A stretch of DNA of 64,000 nucleotides from Dehalococcoidia bacterium (lineage in GTDB: Bacteria > Chloroflexota > Dehalococcoidia > Lucifugimonadales > UBA3495): positions 229,671-293,670 of the forward strand of contig OZ247426.1 in the NCBI GenBank assembly GCA_965232835.1, written 5' to 3'. Every line of letters begins with the position of its first letter. The stretch's first letter is position 1. Position numbers and translations under genes: made by a program. Shown here piece after piece: positions 61,290 to 64,000 of the stretch. The notes beneath the pieces were generated by a model. That model ran no database searches, was not told the DNA's origin, and worked only from the letters and a program-made list of their open reading frames with translations.

Positions 61290-62975
61290 ATGCGGCTTCG
61301 TAGAGGACTGAGTTTCGCCGTTCCGCGCAGGATCAACTACGGGTGGAGCGACCTGCGAGGAGATGTCTTTGGCGGCTTGACTGCCGGGGGTATCGTGCTG
61401 TCGGTCGCCATCGGCTTGGGCATAGTATCCGGTCTCGGTGCGGCTGCGGGACTCCACGGCGCATTGGTGGTGTGCCTGTTCGTTGCGATATTCGGCGGTA
61501 TAAGAGGGATGCTGGGCGGCCCCAATATCACGGTTACCGTAGTTATGGCTGTGGTGGTCGCCGACTATGCGGACAGTCTCGCCCAAGCGGCCACCATAGG
61601 AATTCTGGCCGGCCTGATCCAGATCGCATTCAGCCTGTTGAGATTGGGTCGTTACGCCTCATTTGTCCCCGCCTCACTGCTCTCCGGATTCCTGGCTGCC
61701 ATTGGTATCCTGGTCATCTTGAAGCAAAGCCTGCCGATCTTGGGAGGCGCCCCGGCAAAGGGCGGCATCATTGACAATATCGCGTTGTGGCCGGAGGCAG
61801 TGAACAACGTAAACTTCGAGGCTTTGGCACTAGCCGCCATCTGCTTGGCCATGGCGGTACTGTGGCGCGGACGACTCGCGAGGCTGGCTCCCTCTTTCTT
61901 TGTCGCTCTTGCGGTGGGGATTCTGGTCGGCATGCTACTGTTCACTGGAGCTCCGACCGTGGGGGAGGTTCCGTCGGGTCTGCCCTCCCTCCAGTTGTCG
62001 GCCATTTCCCTGGAATTTTTCCTGAGGACGCTGCAACCGGCATTCATCATGGCCCTTCTTGGCTCGATTGCCACATTGCTGTTAGCCCTTCGACTGGACA
62101 CGATCACCGGGTCCCAACACAAGCCGAACCAGGAAATGCTGGCGCAGGGGATGGGAAACATTGCGGCCGGATTGGTGGGAGGGATGCCGGGGGCTATGGC
62201 CCAGGGCAGTCTTCTCAACACATTAGCGGGTGGCAGGTCCCCAGTTTCCGGCCTCATCGTAGTCGCATTGATACTCGCGACGCTCCTGTTTCTGGGCCCC
62301 GTTGTCGAACGGATCCCGCACGCCGTCCTTGCTGCCATTCTGATAATTGTTGGCTGGAACCTCATCGACTGGCGGTTAATCACCCGCATACACCGAATTC
62401 CCCGCAATTATGCCGTGGTGCTGGTGATGACTTGTGTGCTAGTCCTGTTTGTGGACATGTTCCTGGCTTTCCTGATTGGGCTGGTATTGGCCGTTCTTCT
62501 GGGCTATCGAAAGCAGGAGGGGCTGGAGGTGTCCGAGCTTGTCTCAGTGCCGCTGCTGGACAGAGCCGTGCTCGACGACAACGATCTGGGTGAAGACACA
62601 GACCCCTTCCAGGCCCGTAGCGGATTGGTTGTATTTCCCGACCGGGTGACCGTGGCGTCAGCCAGGCAACTCAGTCGCATCCTCCGCCCCGACATAAGGC
62701 AGCAGCAATTTTCTATTTTCGACTTTTCGCGTACGGTGTATATAGATGATACGGCTTCAGTAATTATCAGTGAGCTGATTGGTGTAGCGGTGGCAGCGCA
62801 GTCTCGGACAATCGTCATTGCCGGCTTGCGTCAAGACTTGGCAGAAGCTCTGCATTCCATGAGACTGCTGGACCGGGTACCTGCAGGCAATTTCGCGTCC
62901 GACTTGGAGGAGGCAAAGCAGGTCTTAATGCCAATGCTGCGGCAAGGCTTTCCAGGTCAGCCGCAAGCAGGTTAA
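61290..62975 (+). CDS. SulP/SLC26-family anion transporter with STAS domain
   Basis: GDVFGGLTAG, QEMLAQGMGN, RIPHAVLAAIL, DFSRTVYIDDTA. Confidence 0.9.
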   Translation: MRLRRGLSFAVPRRINYGWSDLRGDVFGGLTAGGIVLSVAIGLGIVSGLGAAAGLHGALVVCLFVAIFGGIRGMLGGPNITVTVVMAVVVADYADSLAQAATIGILAGLIQIAFSLLRLGRYASFVPASLLSGFLAAIGILVILKQSLPILGGAPAKGGIIDNIALWPEAVNNVNFEALALAAICLAMAVLWRGRLARLAPSFFVALAVGILVGMLLFTGAPTVGEVPSGLPSLQLSAISLEFFLRTLQPAFIMALLGSIATLLLALRLDTITGSQHKPNQEMLAQGMGNIAAGLVGGMPGAMAQGSLLNTLAGGRSPVSGLIVVALILATLLFLGPVVERIPHAVLAAILIIVGWNLIDWRLITRIHRIPRNYAVVLVMTCVLVLFVDMFLAFLIGLVLAVLLGYRKQEGLEVSELVSVPLLDRAVLDDNDLGEDTDPFQARSGLVVFPDRVTVASARQLSRILRPDIRQQQFSIFDFSRTVYIDDTASVIISELIGVAVAAQSRTIVIAGLRQDLAEALHSMRLLDRVPAGNFASDLEEAKQVLMPMLRQGFPGQPQAG

Positions 62976-63364
62976 GGAACATCGTGCGCTTTCTTTCCGC
63001 TATTGCCCTGAAAATATCCCATCGCCTACCCGTTACTTCTCCCGGAGGGAGATGGTTGAGATGAGGGCGTTCCCCTGTTTTCATAGCCATACGTGGTTCC
63101 AAGGCCATCGGCAATACCGGCAAGAGTCGGAATCCAGTGACCGGAGTCGGCAAAGCTTTCAGGAATTCAAGCACACTATAAACCTTGGACTTCCCCGTTG
63201 AAAAACGGGGCCAGCGCAGGATTGACGAGGATGGGATATTATATGCGCCAGCGTTGTCGGGCCTGGTTCACTATTGAACTTCCGGCTCAAACGTAGTCCA
63301 AGTGGTCGCTGCTGTAGACCGTTATGGAGGACTCAATTCCAATAAATGAGACATAGGAGGGAAC

Positions 63365-63560
63365 ATTGCGACACAGGTGATCCTTTACACCATGGAGGTT
63401 ATTGATGAGGAGCTCCATGCGGAGTTCCGCGCTGCTTAGCCGTCATGGAATTTCCGACCATAGAACAGGCCCGCGTGTGGATAGGGCCGCAATCTGATCG
63501 GAACGTGAAGCAGTTAGGGAAACCCGTGACCGGGCATCCAACTCTATTTCATTGGCCGTG
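63365..63560 (+). pseudogene. DUF1330 remnant with internal deletion/frameshift
   Basis: ATQVILYTMEVIDEELHAEFR, then in another frame LAVMEFPTIEQARVW; AGGAGG upstream of an ATT codon. Confidence 0.55.
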
Positions 63561-63617
63561 GAAGAAACCTAACCACTGCAGAACCGCATTCCGGTTTAAA
63601 CCGAAAAGGAGAAAACA

Positions 63618-63929
63618 ATGGCAGCATACGTGTTCGTGGAAGTTGAAATAACCGACAATACCGCTCAGGCCGAGTACCGGGAGCGCTCCGTGAGTGTAAT
63701 AGAGGCCTATGGAGGCAGGATAATGGCGCGTGGTGACGTCGTTGAGTCCTCCGCTGGAGAACTGGCGACCCGCCGCCGTATGTTGGCTCTGGAATTCCCC
63801 GATCTCGAACAGGCCAGGGCTTGGCGCGATCTGCGTCAAGCTTCCGCGGAGCAAACGGAAGTCCGGAACATTCGAAACAGAATGGGTAATGTTGTCAGCA
63901 TAAGCATCGTGGAGGGAGAGAACAGCTAA
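63618..63929 (+). CDS. DUF1330-domain protein
   Basis: AYVFVEVEITD...EYR, YGGRIM, LEFPDLEQARAW. Confidence 0.85.
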   Translation: MAAYVFVEVEITDNTAQAEYRERSVSVIEAYGGRIMARGDVVESSAGELATRRRMLALEFPDLEQARAWRDLRQASAEQTEVRNIRNRMGNVVSISIVEGENS

Positions 63930-64000
63930 CGAGGCTTTTCTCTCACATAATGTGGGAGCGCTGCAAAGGGCTGACCGCCAGTGTACCGCGCCGAATTGAC

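Overview
GC-rich bacterial chromosome segment. Gene style and content suggest Chloroflexota (Dehalococcoidia/SAR202-like); this is an inference, not tested. (1) 1-15.2 kb: amine/amide catabolism. It holds a glutamine-synthetase-like 3' end, soxD-soxA-soxG-soxB (sarcosine oxidase/N-methylglutamate dehydrogenase-like), an amidase, two tandem D-aminoacylase-family paralogs, a DUF4258-like/DUF2283 pair, a Rieske protein, a TPR protein and an amidohydrolase. A GxxExxY gene bounded by terminal inverted repeats sits inside the sox operon. (2) 15.2-50.4 kb: mostly housekeeping (lipA, gmk, aroA, tyrA, otsAB, rpiB, heterodimeric ABC exporter, argS, mgtE, hisIE, hisF, hisS, probable 6S RNA, cbpA-hspR-Clp operon with a HAIR-like operator). 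It also holds a DsbA/FrnE-family gene with an in-frame TGA at the first Cys of its CxxC motif, a probable selenoprotein that the ORF track truncates. (3) 50.8-64 kb: tRNA-Asn(GTT) followed by a decaying genomic island. The island has a truncated tyrosine integrase, an IS21 whose istB is frameshifted by a tiny repeat insertion, a DNA-methyltransferase pseudogene, a chimeric IS21 remnant, a 518-bp mini-Tn3, an apparently intact IS630, a SulP transporter and three DUF1330 copies. Several families of very small repeats are scattered through the window; one has inserted in frame into argS. No CRISPR array and no rRNA were seen.
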